Source: Camelus dromedarius (taxonomy: Eukaryota). Taken from it: DNA of 64,000 bases. The DNA is taken from the NCBI RefSeq assembly GCF_036321535.1, contig NC_087436.1, positions 22,632,001-22,696,000 on the forward strand. The letters are read 5' to 3'. The position numbers and the translations under genes were made by a program. This document shows, one piece after another, positions 10,458 through 23,641 of this stretch (positions within the stretch are counted from its first letter, which is position 1; each line of letters starts with the position of its first letter). Under the pieces are notes generated by a model. That model worked only from the letters and a program-made list of their open reading frames with translations, did not search any database and was not told the DNA's origin.

Positions 10458-10498
10458 TGTAACTGGATGCCAAAGAATGATAAATTGGTCTCAGAAAG
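10458..10498 (+). other. Candidate 41-nt internal/penultimate exon of a host gene
   Basis: Acceptor gcttctcttccttttgtatag| and donor AAAG|gtatgg. Coding phase unknown: either xTG TAA (immediate stop) or CNWMPKNDKLVSE(R). Confidence 0.4.
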
Positions 10499-12414
10499 GT
10501 ATGGTACATACAACTGCATAGTAGAAATAATTTATTTTAATTACCTTAATAATTATTACGATAATTTCTAAAACATGTTGTGTCTTCAGAGTCTCAACTA
10601 AGTGGAGAGGTATAAAATCACTCATATGTGGACTGTGCTCTAAAAGCTTGCTGTATCTTTGGCATGTGTGAAGAAAGGAACAATCTAGATGCCTTGTGTA
10701 GGTATTCTAAACCAAGCCAAGGTGTGAAATTAGGACTAGATCCCCTCCACCAACCTTTTGCCAGGGAATGAGGATAATTTCTCTATCATCTGCACCGCCT
10801 TCCTTGGGAGCATGATGCTATGAAAATAACACAAACAATTTAGTATCTAGATATCTGATAAAATATCAGAGATCTGACACCCCAAGGCCCACGGCAAGTT
10901 TTAATTGGTAAATTAACCAAAGATGAACCATTCAGTTAAAAACAGAAATAAGAATTGACTGACATGAAACTTTCAGAAAGTAATCAAAAAAAGAAATTAT
11001 TTTCTTTTCCTCTGAGTAGTTCAGACTGACAAGTGAAAGGGCACAGGAGCTTCTCTAGTTTGAGTTCAACTTCTGTTGTTTTTTTAGTCATCAGGACTGA
11101 CCAAAGTGTCCTTGAAATTCATGGTTTGCAGGAGATAATTGTACAAATCATGGATGCAAAGTTAGGCGATCATACTAGACATGACTGGATCTCCTGTCTG
11201 TCTCAGTTTCTCTGTATGTATTTCTGTCTGTCTATTTCTTTTCAGTTTTCCAAAGTCACAATATTTTTAATGGCACTAATAGAAATTATAGGATGTAAAG
11301 ACCATTTTACAAAAAAGTAAAAAGTAAATTGTTTCCTTTGCTAATGGTTTTTTTCCTTCCTAGAATTGAATGACAACTAGAAAAAACAGGGTCCATAGCT
11401 TGCTTTTCATAGACGGTAGCTAAGAATTAGGGAGAAGTTTTAAGGAGTAAAAATATATTTTTGTTTTCTAAAAAAAATTGTCAAGGTTTTATTTCCCAAA
11501 CTTCAGTCATGTTCTTACCACCTTTAAAATACTGGGCATTTCCATGTATCATTTCTATTTTATTTTTTATGTTAAATATTTTATTTACATTCACAAGTAC
11601 ATTTATTAAAGATGGAAATACATCATTACTGTACATGAAAAACCAGTATCACTTGCCAGAAAGTATAGAACAAAACTGTAAAAAGAAAAACATAGTTCTT
11701 GAACGTATCATGCTTTGAAAAAATGTTGCTATAATTTGGATGCACACAATAAATGCAAATGGACAGTTGAGTCTATTCCACGAGAAAATCCACCTGGATA
11801 ATGCACAGACGTGTACAGATACACACACTCACATTCACGCACACACCCCACCTCTGAACAGGAACTGCTACCTTCATCCAGAGACTGGGTAGCTGAGGGC
11901 CACACTTACCCTCCCCAACTCTTCTCCAGATTTACTCATCAAGTCAATAGACATCAATTTCTCACCTACCTGAGAGCAAATATCCCTGCTGGGCATGAAA
12001 GCCTTCAAAGGCTTTACACTGCCTGAGTTTTCTCCCCAGTATCTTAAATACCTGAGTCTCTCCCATCTCTCAACAAATATGCATTATGGGCTTGCCAATG
12101 TGCAAAGCAGTGGGCTCCTTGTTGGAAGTTCAGTGGAAACGTGCAATAATCCCTCCTTTTGAGAGAAGGGATTAGGCAGGCTGACTGGCCTAGGCTGATT
12201 AACAACAAGGGAAAGAAGGTGTCAACCTGTTAAAAAAAACGAACAAACAAACAAAAACAGGTTGTTTCTCTTATCCCGAAGCTGGCTCCTTGGTTCCAAG
12301 GACATAGCCATTCAAGACATTTTACGTTCTACAAACGCTGCACCAATCCCAAGGACATACCCCAGTATCTCTTTCTTTGTTCTTTTCTTTCCTACTGAAG
12401 TTTCTGTTTCTTAG

Positions 12415-12630
12415 GGCTGAGCTCCATGGGATGAAAGATCCCATAACAAAAGATGACTGGCACCACCAGAATGAAAACACTGATGGCAGAGCCTTCCAAT
12501 AAAAGACCGTGCCTCCTGACAGGGGGCTGGAGCTGTCTGACCTGGCTGATGGCTACCCGCTTGAGTGTTTTCTTTTTTGGTTTCTTTCCTTTCTCTCTCT
12601 TAGCAATAAAGCAGCTCTTTTTCACTTTGT
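12415..12630 (+). other. Candidate terminal exon of a host gene with polyadenylation signals
   Basis: Long pyrimidine tract then ttag| at 12414. AATAAA at 12498-12503 and 12605-12610, followed by T-rich sequence. If spliced in frame to 10458-10498 it would read (R)AELHGMKDPITKDDWHHQNENTDGRAFQ* (stop 12500-12502); otherwise it is 3'UTR. Confidence 0.4.
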
Positions 12631-13015
12631 CCCTCTGACTCCCCTGAGAATTCTTTCTCAATTGGTGGGCAAGGACCCACAGTGGGCAGGAGTGGGGGTT
12701 GCCTACTCACTAGGTCGGCTTTCCAATTTGGGGTCCCTCTATCTGCTAACACTTTCCAGAAGTTTATGGATGGTGAGAAATAAAGAAAACAGAAAAGATA
12801 GACTAATATGTGGCACAAAACACCTTACACTGCAGTATATTAAATGGTTTGATAAGAACATGCCCAAGCCATCTGGTAGCATACTGAAGCCATCCTCACT
12901 CAGGGATGGGGGGAGGGAGGAAGCGTCCTAGATTTGATGTATAAATTACTTGTGGAGCCCAGACTTCAGGCTTATACTTGCTGCTGTATAGAAGACATTC
13001 AAAAATCAGAAAGGG

Positions 13016-13863
13016 GCTCAGTATCACTAATTATCAGAGAAATGAAAATCAAAACTACTATGAGGTATCACCTCACACCAGTCAGAATGGCCATCATTCA
13101 AAAGTCCACAAATGACAAATGCTGGAGAGGCTGTGGAGAAAAGGGAACCCTCCCACACTGCTGGTGGGAATGCAGTTTGGTGCAGCCACTGTGGGAAACA
13201 GTATGGACATTCCTGAAAAGATTAGGAATAGACTTACTGTATGACCCAGGAATTCCACTCCTGGGCATATATCCAGAAGGAACCCTACTTCAGGATGACA
13301 CCTGCACCCCAATGTTCATAGCAGCACTATTTACAACAGCCAAGACATGGAAACAGCCTAAATGTCCATCCACAGATGACTGGATAAAGAAGCTGTGGTA
13401 TATTTATACAATGGAATACTATTCAGCCATAAAAACCAACAACATAATGCCATTTGCAGCAACATGGACGTTCCTGGAGAATGTCATTCTAAGTGAAGTA
13501 AGCCAGAAAGAGAAAGAAAAATACCATATGAGATCGCTCATATGTGGAATCTAAAAAAAAAAAAAGAACATAAATACAGAACAGAAACAGACTCATAGAC
13601 ATAGAATACAAACTTGTGGTTGCCAAGGGGGTAGGGTGTGGGAAGGGACAGACTGGGATTTCAAAATGTAGAACAGATAAACAAGATTATACTGGGAAAG
13701 AGCACAGGGAAATATATACAAGATCTTGTGGTAGCTCACAGCGAGAAAAAAAATGTGACAATGAATATATGTATGTTTATGTATAACTGAAAAATTGTGC
13801 TCTGCACTGGAATTTGACACAACATTGTAAAATGACTATAACTCAATAAAAAAAAAGTTTGAA
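13016..13863 (+). mobile_element. Young 5'-truncated L1 (ORF2 C-terminus, 3'UTR, A-tail), 15-bp TSD
   Basis: Uninterrupted ORF2 C-terminal frame ([21 protein letters not shown]...CWWEC...EYYSAIK...SLICGI*, stop at 13554). Perfect TSD aaaaatcagaaaggg at 13001-13015 and 13864-13878. Confidence 0.95.
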
Positions 13864-14069
13864 AAAAATCAGAAAGGGACACTCAGATATCACAAGAGCC
13901 AGGTAAAATACAACAAGCAAAGATGACTTTATGACAATATTCAGGATAGAGGAAGACAACTTGTCTGCAGGACCATTTCCATTAAAGACTAAATCAAGCG
14001 TCTTTGTTTATAGTGCTAAAAATAGTCAGTTTACTAATCAATTACTATGCATCAGACTCTTAAGCTAAG

Positions 14070-14500
14070 TTCCTCCTCACAACCATTTCCTACTGTTCCT
14101 CAGATACAGACACAGATAAGCATGTTTTCACCCCAGAGTCTTTGTGCTGTTGCCTTCCTCTTCCTGGAATCCTCTCTGCAGGTATTTACATGGACCCTTC
14201 CAGCACTGATTCAGACCTCTACTTCTCTACAAGAATTTCATGTCCCCCAGTCTAAACCAGCACTCCATGCCCCTCTTTGTTTACTGGCCATGAATTAGTT
14301 TTCTCTATAGCACCGAATACTACTCCAAATCATTTGGTTCTATATTTATGTTTACTGCTTGCCTCCCTAGATAACGCATGAGATCCCTCAGGAGAGACAG
14401 GTTTTGTTGTCATTGCTCTTGTTTTAGCCATCGTGTCCCCCGGAACTGGCTGCTGTTTATCATGTACATCCAAGGTTCTCAGTGAATACTGTTGACTGAA
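14070..14500 (+). mobile_element. L2 3' region
   Basis: 'gtgctgttgccttcctcttcctggaat...ctcagtgaatactgttgactgaa'. Confidence 0.65.
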
Positions 14501-14509
14501 AAAATATAC

Positions 14510-14660
14510 ATACCATTTAATCCTTAAGACAACTCAAAGAAGTTGAATAAATGGAGGATTGGAGAGGATAAGCAATGGGTCATACATCTCACAGGTAGTC
14601 AATGAAAGAGCTAGCATCTGAATCCAAGCAAGTCTGTGGATTTAAACAACCACACACATA
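14510..14660 (-). mobile_element. MIR fragment
   Basis: 'catttaatccttaagacaac...gaatccaagcaagtctg'. Confidence 0.5.
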
Positions 14661-16099
14661 CATTGCCTTTGGGATCAGTGTGGGTAATTCTGAGAGGAGT
14701 GCTCAGGTTGAAGAAAGCAAGAACATATAATGAATTAAAAAACCTATGTGCACACCAACTATTGCAAGAATGGGTTCTGTTTTGTTGAAAGAAAATGGAA
14801 AAGAAAAATAAAGAGTGATTGTGAGGTAAGTGGGTAAATGAGTCCCTAATTGCCTCAACATTGGGGAAAAACAGGACGATCAGCAACCACAATGACAAAC
14901 ACCGAAGCTGTCAATCTGCTAACTTGTGAACACCAGAATTCTTTTAGTGTCTGCTCGTAAGCCTGGTGAAAGATGGAGAGAAAGTCATTGAATCAGTTCA
15001 CACATACTTTTCTGGAATGGTAACCTGCTCCCACTCCATTATCCAATCAGAATGCAGACCCGTTCTATCAACCAGAAGACAATCATTGTTCTGGGCCCTG
15101 GCCTGGCCCGAATTATTCTCAACTGTCTCTGCTGTGATTGCATCATGTCCTTCCTCCTCACCGTGATAAAATGCACCACTTTCTCCCAAGCTTTAAGCCT
15201 ATTTCAAGCTACTGGAAGCAAATTCTCCAAGGACCTTCCCCAATAAAGTTTTAAATTCCACAAATTACCTGACTTTCCCCCTTTAGGGTAAGAACTATTT
15301 TACAGTTTGGTAAGTCACCATGAGCATCTTTTTCTCATGCTTGGAAAAAGAAGCATTTCCAAACTACCTCAGAGCCATAGTAAGCAAAATCGCTTTCCTA
15401 TTGAACACACCGAGCCATTCCTACAAGGCTGAAGGCCACTGAACCCTCACCTACTGGGGCCAAGGAGTCAGCATGCCTTTCCTCAAAATCTTAACAACAG
15501 CCAGAGAGAGAGATGTAGGCACTGGGGAGAAATGAAAGCCATTAGGTGCCTCTAAGCACAGACCAGGTACTTAATCATGTTAAATGAAGGCCATAAAAAC
15601 AGGCGGTCAGAGAGTAATAGAGATTTTGCACCCATCCTCCACTAGCATGCTGCCAAGAACATTGTTATTCAAATAAATCATCAAGGTAACATTCTATTTA
15701 AAATTCTCTCTGTCTTGGCTCCCATTCCTTTTTTCAAAGCTTCATTGAATGCTATTTTAATTTATGTTTTCAAGAGGACATCACCTCACCATATAATACA
15801 AATGAGCTATTATTTGTGACTGTATCTCAAGCAGTATTGGAAGCAGACTTCTAAAAGGTATAGGGCATATTATAGAGAGATACACCATTTTTCCTGCAGG
15901 GGTTAGCATCTTCAATTTTTCACTCTCCCCAGTTAAGAAAAAGTTTCATCTTAGACTCCTGAAGGTAGTGGTCCTAGACCTGTGTCCCAGACGATGGTAG
16001 ATGAGCTCCTGCCACAATGTGAAATGAGGATGGGGTTATCGGACACGTGGGACAACAGAGCAATTTGGACCCTAGTAAATTTCATTTAATCTCACTTGA

Positions 16100-16300
16100 A
16101 GAACCAACATTTATTGAGTCTAACTGCACTGAACCCTCTCTGCTAGGCACCTCCTCGTAGGTTATCTTTTTTCAGCCCCAAAATAGCACTGTGAAAGAGA
16201 CATCATTTATCCCACTCTCGTGGAATAAAGCCAAGGTTCAGAAATGTTAAATAATTTGCCCAAAGGGAAGAACTGACATTTAAACTCACAACTTCTGATA
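16100..16300 (-). mobile_element. MIR
   Basis: 'aacatttattgagt...tgctaggcac...aaggttcagaaatgttaaataatttgcccaa'. Confidence 0.6.
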
Positions 16301-16580
16301 TCATTTGTGAAAATTTTGCTGCAAGGTGGGTTCCAATGTCCTGTCACATGTGAAAGAAGAGACAAACATTTTTCTTGGATTTCTTAAGAGTTTCATAACT
16401 GACCTTTATTTACTCCATAGAAGGATTCTTTGGATTGAGAATTTGCCACATATCCCAATACGTATCTGTATCTCAAGCTGGTCTTTCTTCTCTACCATGA
16501 GTAGTTATTTCTACTTTGGCACATTTTTCTAGTCTTTAAGCATACACGCCTTAAAGTGCTCTTTGAGCCTCTGTTCTATC

Positions 16581-16748
16581 TTTTTTTCTTTTTTTTAATT
16601 TATTTTTTATTTTGCTTTATTTTTTGGGGGGGTAGGTAATTAGGCTTACTTATTTATTTATTTATTTGTAGAGGAGGTACTGGGGACTGAACCCAGGACC
16701 TTGTGCATGCTACGCATACACTCTACCACCTGAGCTATACCCTCCCCA
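16581..16748 (-). mobile_element. Vic-1-like camelid tRNA-derived SINE
   Basis: Reverse complement reads GGGGAGGGTATAGCTCAGGTGGTAGAG...GGTCCTGGGTTCAGTCCCCAGTACCTCC...CCTAATTACC plus an A-rich tail. Pol III A and B boxes present. Degenerate TSD (tctgttctatct/tctgctccatct). Confidence 0.85.
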
Positions 16749-17604
16749 CTTCTGCTCCATCTCTTCAAACTACTATCAAATTCTATTTATTTTTTCTTTA
16801 AAATGTTTTTCGGTTTTACCCCCTTTCTCTTCATCTTATATTTCTCACCTTAGTCTAGTCTGGCCTCACTTCTGTCCTGATCACTGCGATGCCTTCTAAC
16901 CGATCCTCCTTTCTATAGTTTTTCATGTTTTCCACTGATCACGCCCTCCAGGCCCACTGTAGAGTGGGCAGACTCCTGGGCAAATATTTTCTGCAGGATC
17001 CTTGTCTATATAAACCAGTTGATTAAAAATGTATTATACAATTCATGGCCCCATGTAGGGTAGCATGGTTTATCAAAGGTGCTTTAGAATAATGTATAGA
17101 GAAGAGATGCTTTTTTTTTTTTTTTTTTTTTGATAATCAGTGCATATGAAGACTCTTCACAGTGTTCAAGTCCAGGAAACACCTTTCCAAGTTCTTTATT
17201 TTCCTGGCTAATTGTATATCTCCCATCATGACAAAAAGGTAGTAATGTGACTACTCATAACACTGCTATTCTTCAGAACTTGTTTATGTTGACGAATATA
17301 CATCTTCTTGCCTCTGAACTTCCCTAATACCATGTATGTGATGCTGCTGACACCGTAACTCAAGATGCTCCCTCGCTCACTGTGCTGCCTGTGGCTCTCA
17401 CAGGTTATTACTGGGCATCACTGATGCTCTGCCTGAATGTGTCTTGCCCAGAGCATGCAGGAAAACATAAAAGATAGTTATTTCCTGGCGACGTTAATTT
17501 ACCATTCAGCATTAACAGAAAATAATACCTCTTCCTACCATGTGTTCTCTTGATTCTGGGGTCTCTCACCACTGTATTGCTAGAATGTGATCACTTTTGA
17601 ACTT

Positions 17605-18045
17605 TTTCATATTTATTGAGGTCCACTTAATATACCAAAAAACTGTACCTATTTAATGTGTACACTTTGATGAGTTTGAACATATGCATACATCTATGAT
17701 ACCATTACCACAATCAAGGAAATAAACGTATCTATCACCTCCAAAAGATTTCTTGTGTCCTCTTGCCTTGTTTGTGTGTGTGTGTGTATGTGTGTTAAGA
17801 ACACTTGGCATAAGATTTACCCTCTTAAGTTTTTAAGTGCGCAATACAGATTGATAACTAAATTGTTAACTATAGGCACTATGTTGTAGAGCAGATCTCT
17901 AGAATTTATTTATCTTGTATAACTGCAACTTTATGCCCACTGAACCACAACTCTCCACTTCCCTTCCCCTCATCCCATGGCAGCCACCATTCTATGCACT
18001 GCTTCTATGGGTCTGACTATTTCATACTCATACTTCATGTAAGTA
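17605..18045 (-). mobile_element. L1 3' end (L1MA/L1MB-like)
   Basis: 'tttattgagg...agcagatctctagaatttatt...ggcagccaccattcta...gcttctatg'. Confidence 0.8.
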
Positions 18046-19269
18046 CCAGCTACCCTGGTCTAGGCTCAAAGAAATCTGCTTGAGGTCACTGCCAACTCCA
18101 GCTGGTCTTGGTATTTGACAAGAAATAAGAAAATTTTATGAAAGGTGCTCCCAAGTATGGAGATGCTCTGAAACATGAGGTTCCAGGGCAGGACCCCATG
18201 TGTCTGCACCTAAGAGTGGTAATACCCTCCTACCCAGTATCATTTCCAGACAACCTTCCTAAAACACCGCTTGTCCAAGAATTCATGTCTTATTACTGTC
18301 AACCACATCCATGGTGCCCTTTTATCTGTTTTTTTCTGACTCAGCATAATCTGACCTCTTTGGTCATTGCAACCCAGTTTCTCTGTATTCTCTAACACTC
18401 ATCCTTAAACAAGTGTTGACCATATCTTACATGTTCATTTCAACTCAGGTGTCTTTGCTCATATTCTTCTCCCCTACTCTTCTCATTCCAACAGTATAAA
18501 TTCTGTTCTTTTTTGTTTTTTTAAATCAGCTCAAGTCTTAAGTCTTCTATGAGTGTATTAGTTTGCACTGTTTTCTCCATTTTTTGTCACTATACTGGGT
18601 TTAAAAATCTCTACTAGTCACTTTAGGATAAAACTGGTTGCTTTTCCTTTTCTTTCACATGTGAGCATATTAGTTATCTCTCTTCAATTAAGCTATAAAT
18701 TTGTTGATAGCTAGGAGTATATAATGCCTTAGCTGGAATCCACATAGCACTCTGGACAATATGCATTGATAAATTCAATAAAACAATGTATGATCAACCC
18801 AAAGCTGAACTTGGTCACTGTGTTAGAATAAGGTATTTCTTGTTGTTTAGGAGTCTTAGTAAAAATAAGTGATTAGGAAAATGGCAAGATGGTGGCCCAA
18901 GTTATATGGAGAAAGCGAAACTTGGAGAATGATAAAGAGAAAAGGAAAAGTAAAGAAGAAGATGATTTTTGTGCCCACCTCTTCAAAACATCTAAAAATT
19001 CAGCTAGGTCTTTAGTTTTCTCTCGGGAGGCCAAACGATATGTAAAGTGAGGTCACTTAACCATGGTTTCCTGAAGACATGTAATGCCACAGAGAGCATT
19101 TTAAACCAAAGAAAATCAGGTCAGGTCCTTATTAATTGGAGACAAAAAAGGAATGATAGAATTGCAGATCGTTGAAGGAAAAGCTAAAAGCAAACCCAAA
19201 AATCCCCACAATTTCTCCATCCATCTTTACTAATTGCATTTTAAGGCAAAAAGCAAAAGATAAAATACG

Positions 19270-21310
19270 ATCTTGTATTTTAAAAATCATTATTATATTT
19301 TATATCTATCTATCTATATTTGTAACCTTCTGTTATACAGTATTTCAAACACATACAAAAAAAAGAGGATAATAAAACAAATTCCTCACTCAGCCATTCT
19401 TGTATCATCGCTACCTCCTATCTCTCCACCCAGATCATCACTAAGCAAATTCTCAACATCATATAATTTCAAATTAATATTTCATTATATATCTCTAAAT
19501 TATAAGCACTTCCCCTACAAAAAAAACATAGCATTTTTATTAAACCTACACACAAAAACATTCCCTTAATACCACCAAATAGCCAATGTTCACATTTTCC
19601 AAATTATATTGTGATTTTTAACATTTTGAATGTTTGAATTAAGATCCAAACAAAGCCCACACATTGGACTGGTTAATACATCACTTGTATGAAGGTAGAG
19701 GCTCCTACCTCCATTCATGTTGTTGGTTTCTCCCTTGCCATTGTTTCCCTGCAATAACTTACCTGTAGCTTCTGCTTCCCACAGCGTGTTTTACTGATTT
19801 CACTCCCTGTGGTGTCATTTAACATGTTCCATGACTCTGGCTCTTTTGTTTCCTCTAACTTGTCAGATTTAAGCACTTGAATGATTCAGGGGGCTTTTTG
19901 TTTATTTGTTTTTGTTTTTTACAAAACTGCTTCATAGGTGGTATTGTTACTTCGAAAAGTAGGTACTTACTGGCTTACTGTCTGATTCTCTGTAATCTTA
20001 GCAGCCATTGATGAACATTGCCTGGATCAGTCAATTCTTTATGGGCTGGAAAATGATTTGCTAATCGTATTGGTCTCTACTTGTTAGTTGGGATACTTTT
20101 AGAAACAGAAATTTCCCCTTGTCAGCTACACCAAAGTAATAATTTTATTAGCAGTGGTTAGGTAAGTACTTGATGCCTTCCATTTACTTATCCATTTTCT
20201 AAATAAAACATTGTTTCGCTAGTATCTCCAGTGATGATCAAAGAGATTCTTAAAGTACCATTATGAGCTCATGGATTTAAATATATTAAATGTATTTCAA
20301 CCTCTTCTTTTTATTATCTTTATTATCCCAATTTTGGTGAGTAGGAGCCTGTTCAAGTTGGCTTTTGCACCTTTTTGACAGAATTCTAGCGGTCTCTGAT
20401 AGCACCAATGTTTGATAGCATAGATGTTCTAGACACATCTTGTATATTCCTACCTGAGACCTAGAAACAGCCATATCTCCATGGAGGACACACACCCACA
20501 CACACACACATATATATGTCTAATATTTGTGTACAGTATAAGATCACACACATGTGTACATATTATTTGTTGCATTTATATATTATATATTTATTATATG
20601 TAAGATTATATATGAATAATATATGTTATATAGTATAATTATACCTATATATCATGTTGTTCGTATATATAACCTTATATGTGATAAATATATATAATCT
20701 TATATATTATAAACTTATTTTATCATACATTACATATTATAAGTATATATGCATCAGACAAAAATCATTATGAAATTATACTGATATATATCATTCAAAT
20801 TTCAGAATACACAGTTTTGGCTTATCCTCATCAATTTCATGCATGTCTTTTCTTTCATGCTGAACACTCCAATTTCAAGTTTTATCAAGTTAGCTTACAC
20901 CACACACACATAGTCTGAGGATGGTAGCAATGCCAATGTTAACACCAAAAATGTGATTACTGAAAACATAGTTGTACAATCAAATTACTGTGATTCGCAG
21001 TCATTTAAAATAGTTCGTATCTCTATGGTTGTCACATCACATTTTTGTTTGTTTTAGATTGCATTCCACTTTTTAAAGATTGCTTTTTAAAATTTAATTT
21101 AAATTATAATTATTTTAAACGTGTTTACAAAGTCCAACCTATAACGCAAAGTAAATTCAAAAAAGTATCACTTCTATACCATATTGACTGCAACCTAATT
21201 TCTCCCTCCTCTTACAGGAAACAATTTAATATCATGGTTTACCTTTCTGTGTAATGGTAGCATACATAAATGATTCCTTTATCTATCTTGCTCTTTTTAC
21301 TTATGCTGGA
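19270..21310 (-). mobile_element. Old L1 3'UTR (L1MC-like) with internal AT-rich low-complexity tract (~20490-20800)
   Basis: 'gatccaaacaaagcccacacattgg', 'cttagcagccattgatga', 'tagatgttctagacacatcttgta...agccatatctcca'. Confidence 0.7.
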
Positions 21311-21332
21311 GCCTACTCCAAAGTACTACATA

Positions 21333-21436
21333 AAGCTGCACTATCCAAAACAGTAACCATCAGACACATATGACCATTTAAACTTAAATCTAAATGAAAT
21401 AAATTTAACTAAAATTTAAAATTCCATTTTTCAGTC
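21333..21436. mobile_element. MER33/MER3-like hAT-Charlie fragment
   Basis: 'gctgcactatccaaaacagtaaccatcagacacatatgaccatttaaacttaa...aaaattccatttttcagtc'. Confidence 0.6.
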
Positions 21437-21439
21437 TTC

Positions 21440-22568
21440 TTTGTCTCACCAAGTCTGATCTAGCTACTGCTGCTATGACTACCCAACTTGCCAAGACAAA
21501 GTCTAAGGCTGAAACCTTCTGGTATGGTTTCACCCCTTGAAGAAATCAAGCAATTAACTTAGCCACTTGATGGCAAGTTGATTAGATTCAACGCTTTACT
21601 CCCTAGAAATACAAAATTCATTCTGGCCTAGATTGACAGGTGCTCAGGGTATGGTTTTGCCTTTCTTTCCCACACTTTCTCAGCCATTTGAAGACCTGAA
21701 GTGTTTGAGTTATTGACATGGGATCATGTTAAATAATTCCTTGGACCAAAAGACATGCTTTCCCATTCAGAGATGGGCAACTATCGACAATCACTATGGG
21801 TTCCACTGTGGTCTACCACACACTGCAATGTCCGGAAGCTACTTGACTGATAGACCAACAGAATGACTTTTTGAGGGCATAACTGAGGCATCAGTTTAGA
21901 GATAAATCCCTGCAGGAATAGAGTACTATCCTTCAAGATGAGGTTCATCTTAAAGTAATGGCCATGCCATGGCATTATGTCTGCCATAGTTGGAATAACT
22001 AAGTCCAGGAATCGAGGTGGTAGAAATAGGAATGATTATTCCCACTCATAATGATTATGCCTATTCCTATTCCTGTTCATTCATGATGACATACTTGAGG
22101 ATTTTATGCTTCACATCCCCACAATTCTTGGCTCTATATGTCTAGAGTTACAACTATTACCCGGCCACATTGGATTCCTCATGCCAGGGAACCAACTGTC
22201 AAACAAAGTATTTCCATACTGGCAGGGTTAAGTGACTTTAATTATCATGAGGATACTGGGTTACTGCTGAATAAAGGGGCAGGGGGGTGGTGGAGCAGAG
22301 AGGAATCTCTTTGGCCCTCGGGTGATGTACTGGGCATCTCTTTGAATTTGCATGCCCAGTTTTAACTGGAAATGGATACATATAATAATCACAGGCTGAC
22401 AAAGGCATGATAATCAGAGGCTTAGGTTGGAGGGTCTGAGGTACCCTGCCAGGCAGGCCCCTTACACCATCAGAAATGCTAGATGAGGTTGGTGAGAATC
22501 TAGACTAAGTGGTCGAGGAAAGAGAAGTTCAGGGTCAACAATTTTCTTGGAAACAACTGTAGCAGTGG
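21440..22568 (+). mobile_element. ERVL internal fragment (integrase and 3' region), decayed
   Basis: Translates AT*WQVD*I and FILA*IDRCSGYGFAF, matching the ERVL integrase motifs ATWWQVDYI and FVLTGIDTYSGYGFAF. Confidence 0.8.
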
Positions 22569-23000
22569 TGTTAGAAGAGGTCACTGAGGGGAAATGACTT
22601 CCAGTTGACCCCTGAGCTGGACCCAGGCATTTGGAGGCTCCTTACTGCCTCCTCTGTCCTTGGAATGTATGCTCCTCCCATTGTCCCCACATGGGAGCCA
22701 TTCAAGGACACAGCCTTGAGAGAGCAATGTGTTGTTGGCAACCATGTGAACTGAATACATGACTGAACCCCATTAAGGCTTCTTTGTAAACATTTAATAA
22801 GATTCTGGCGGGCCGGTGCAGAGATCTACTCATCTGTCAGCTGCCCAAGACAAGCCTCATACATAAGTTCCCCTGCTTATTAAAACTGCTACCTACAAAG
22901 CTGGCGTGGCCTGTGCCTTTGTTTGGTGTCTCTTTGACATCTGTGTACAGGAACCAGTATCAAATTTCATCCAGGAAACTCCCAAAGTTGTGAACCAACA
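22569..23000 (+). mobile_element. Solo LTR (ERV1-like) nested in the ERVL remnant
   Basis: TG...CA termini (tgttagaag...gaaccaaca), ATTAAA polyA signal near 22878, flanking agtgg/agtga TSD. Confidence 0.7.
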
Positions 23001-23124
23001 AGTGAACACTTGTATTTGTCATACTGACTCTCCTCTTGTAAAGTTCCCAGAAATTGGAGCTAACCAAAATCACAGGGAAGCTGTCAGTGAACAGAGAACA
23101 CTCACTGGGAAAAGTGAATAGATT

Positions 23125-23575
23125 TCGGTAGTATAAGGTGGGACTCTACAGATACTCTTGGTATGGTGCAAAAGATCTCATTTACTAGACACTGTAACCA
23201 TCTCTCAGCTGCTTGAGTTTTGACCTTTAATGGCTCACACCTCTGGCTTTCTGTCGAAGATTGCCTTAGGCTGACAGGAGCCACCTGACCCAGAAATGCT
23301 TTGGAATTTATGCACTCATCCCCATTTCAGTTGGTCGATAGCCAGAGACAATGGTATAATGGCTTAGCCTCCCCATTCCCATCTGGGTGAGAAAACCTCT
23401 GGTGCAATTCACACTCCAAAGTATAAGGCTTAATGCCTGACTTCCCATGAAACTGTATCTTTGCCCATCTTGCCCTGCTGTTCTGTTTCCCTTATCCCCT
23501 TGCCTTTTTCCCAAATAAATCCTCACTTACTTGCAAAAAAGAAAATTCCCCATCTCAGAAATCCAACCTAAAACC
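23125..23575 (+). mobile_element. ERVL-class LTR (LTR40-like), probable 3' LTR of the upstream internal fragment
   Basis: 'gctgacaggagccacc', AATAAA near 23514, terminus 'ccaacctaaaac'. Confidence 0.55.
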
Positions 23576-23609
23576 ATATTTGCAGTGGTCCTGGTATTAC
23601 TGCTCTGAG

Positions 23610-23613
<4 letters not shown>

Positions 23614-23641
<28 letters not shown>
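23614..23641 (+). repeat. (TG)n microsatellite
   Basis: Perfect TG run of about 14 units. Confidence 0.95.

Noticed and set aside
12392..12931. Overlapping ORFs (89, 140, 61 and 72 aa) as genes
   Set aside because: Low-complexity K- or F/L-rich translations driven by pyrimidine tracts; no recognisable family.
12934..13554. 206-aa ORF as a host gene
   Set aside because: From ~13017 it is L1 ORF2 C-terminus inside a TSD-bounded insertion; the N-terminal part is read-through from flanking DNA.
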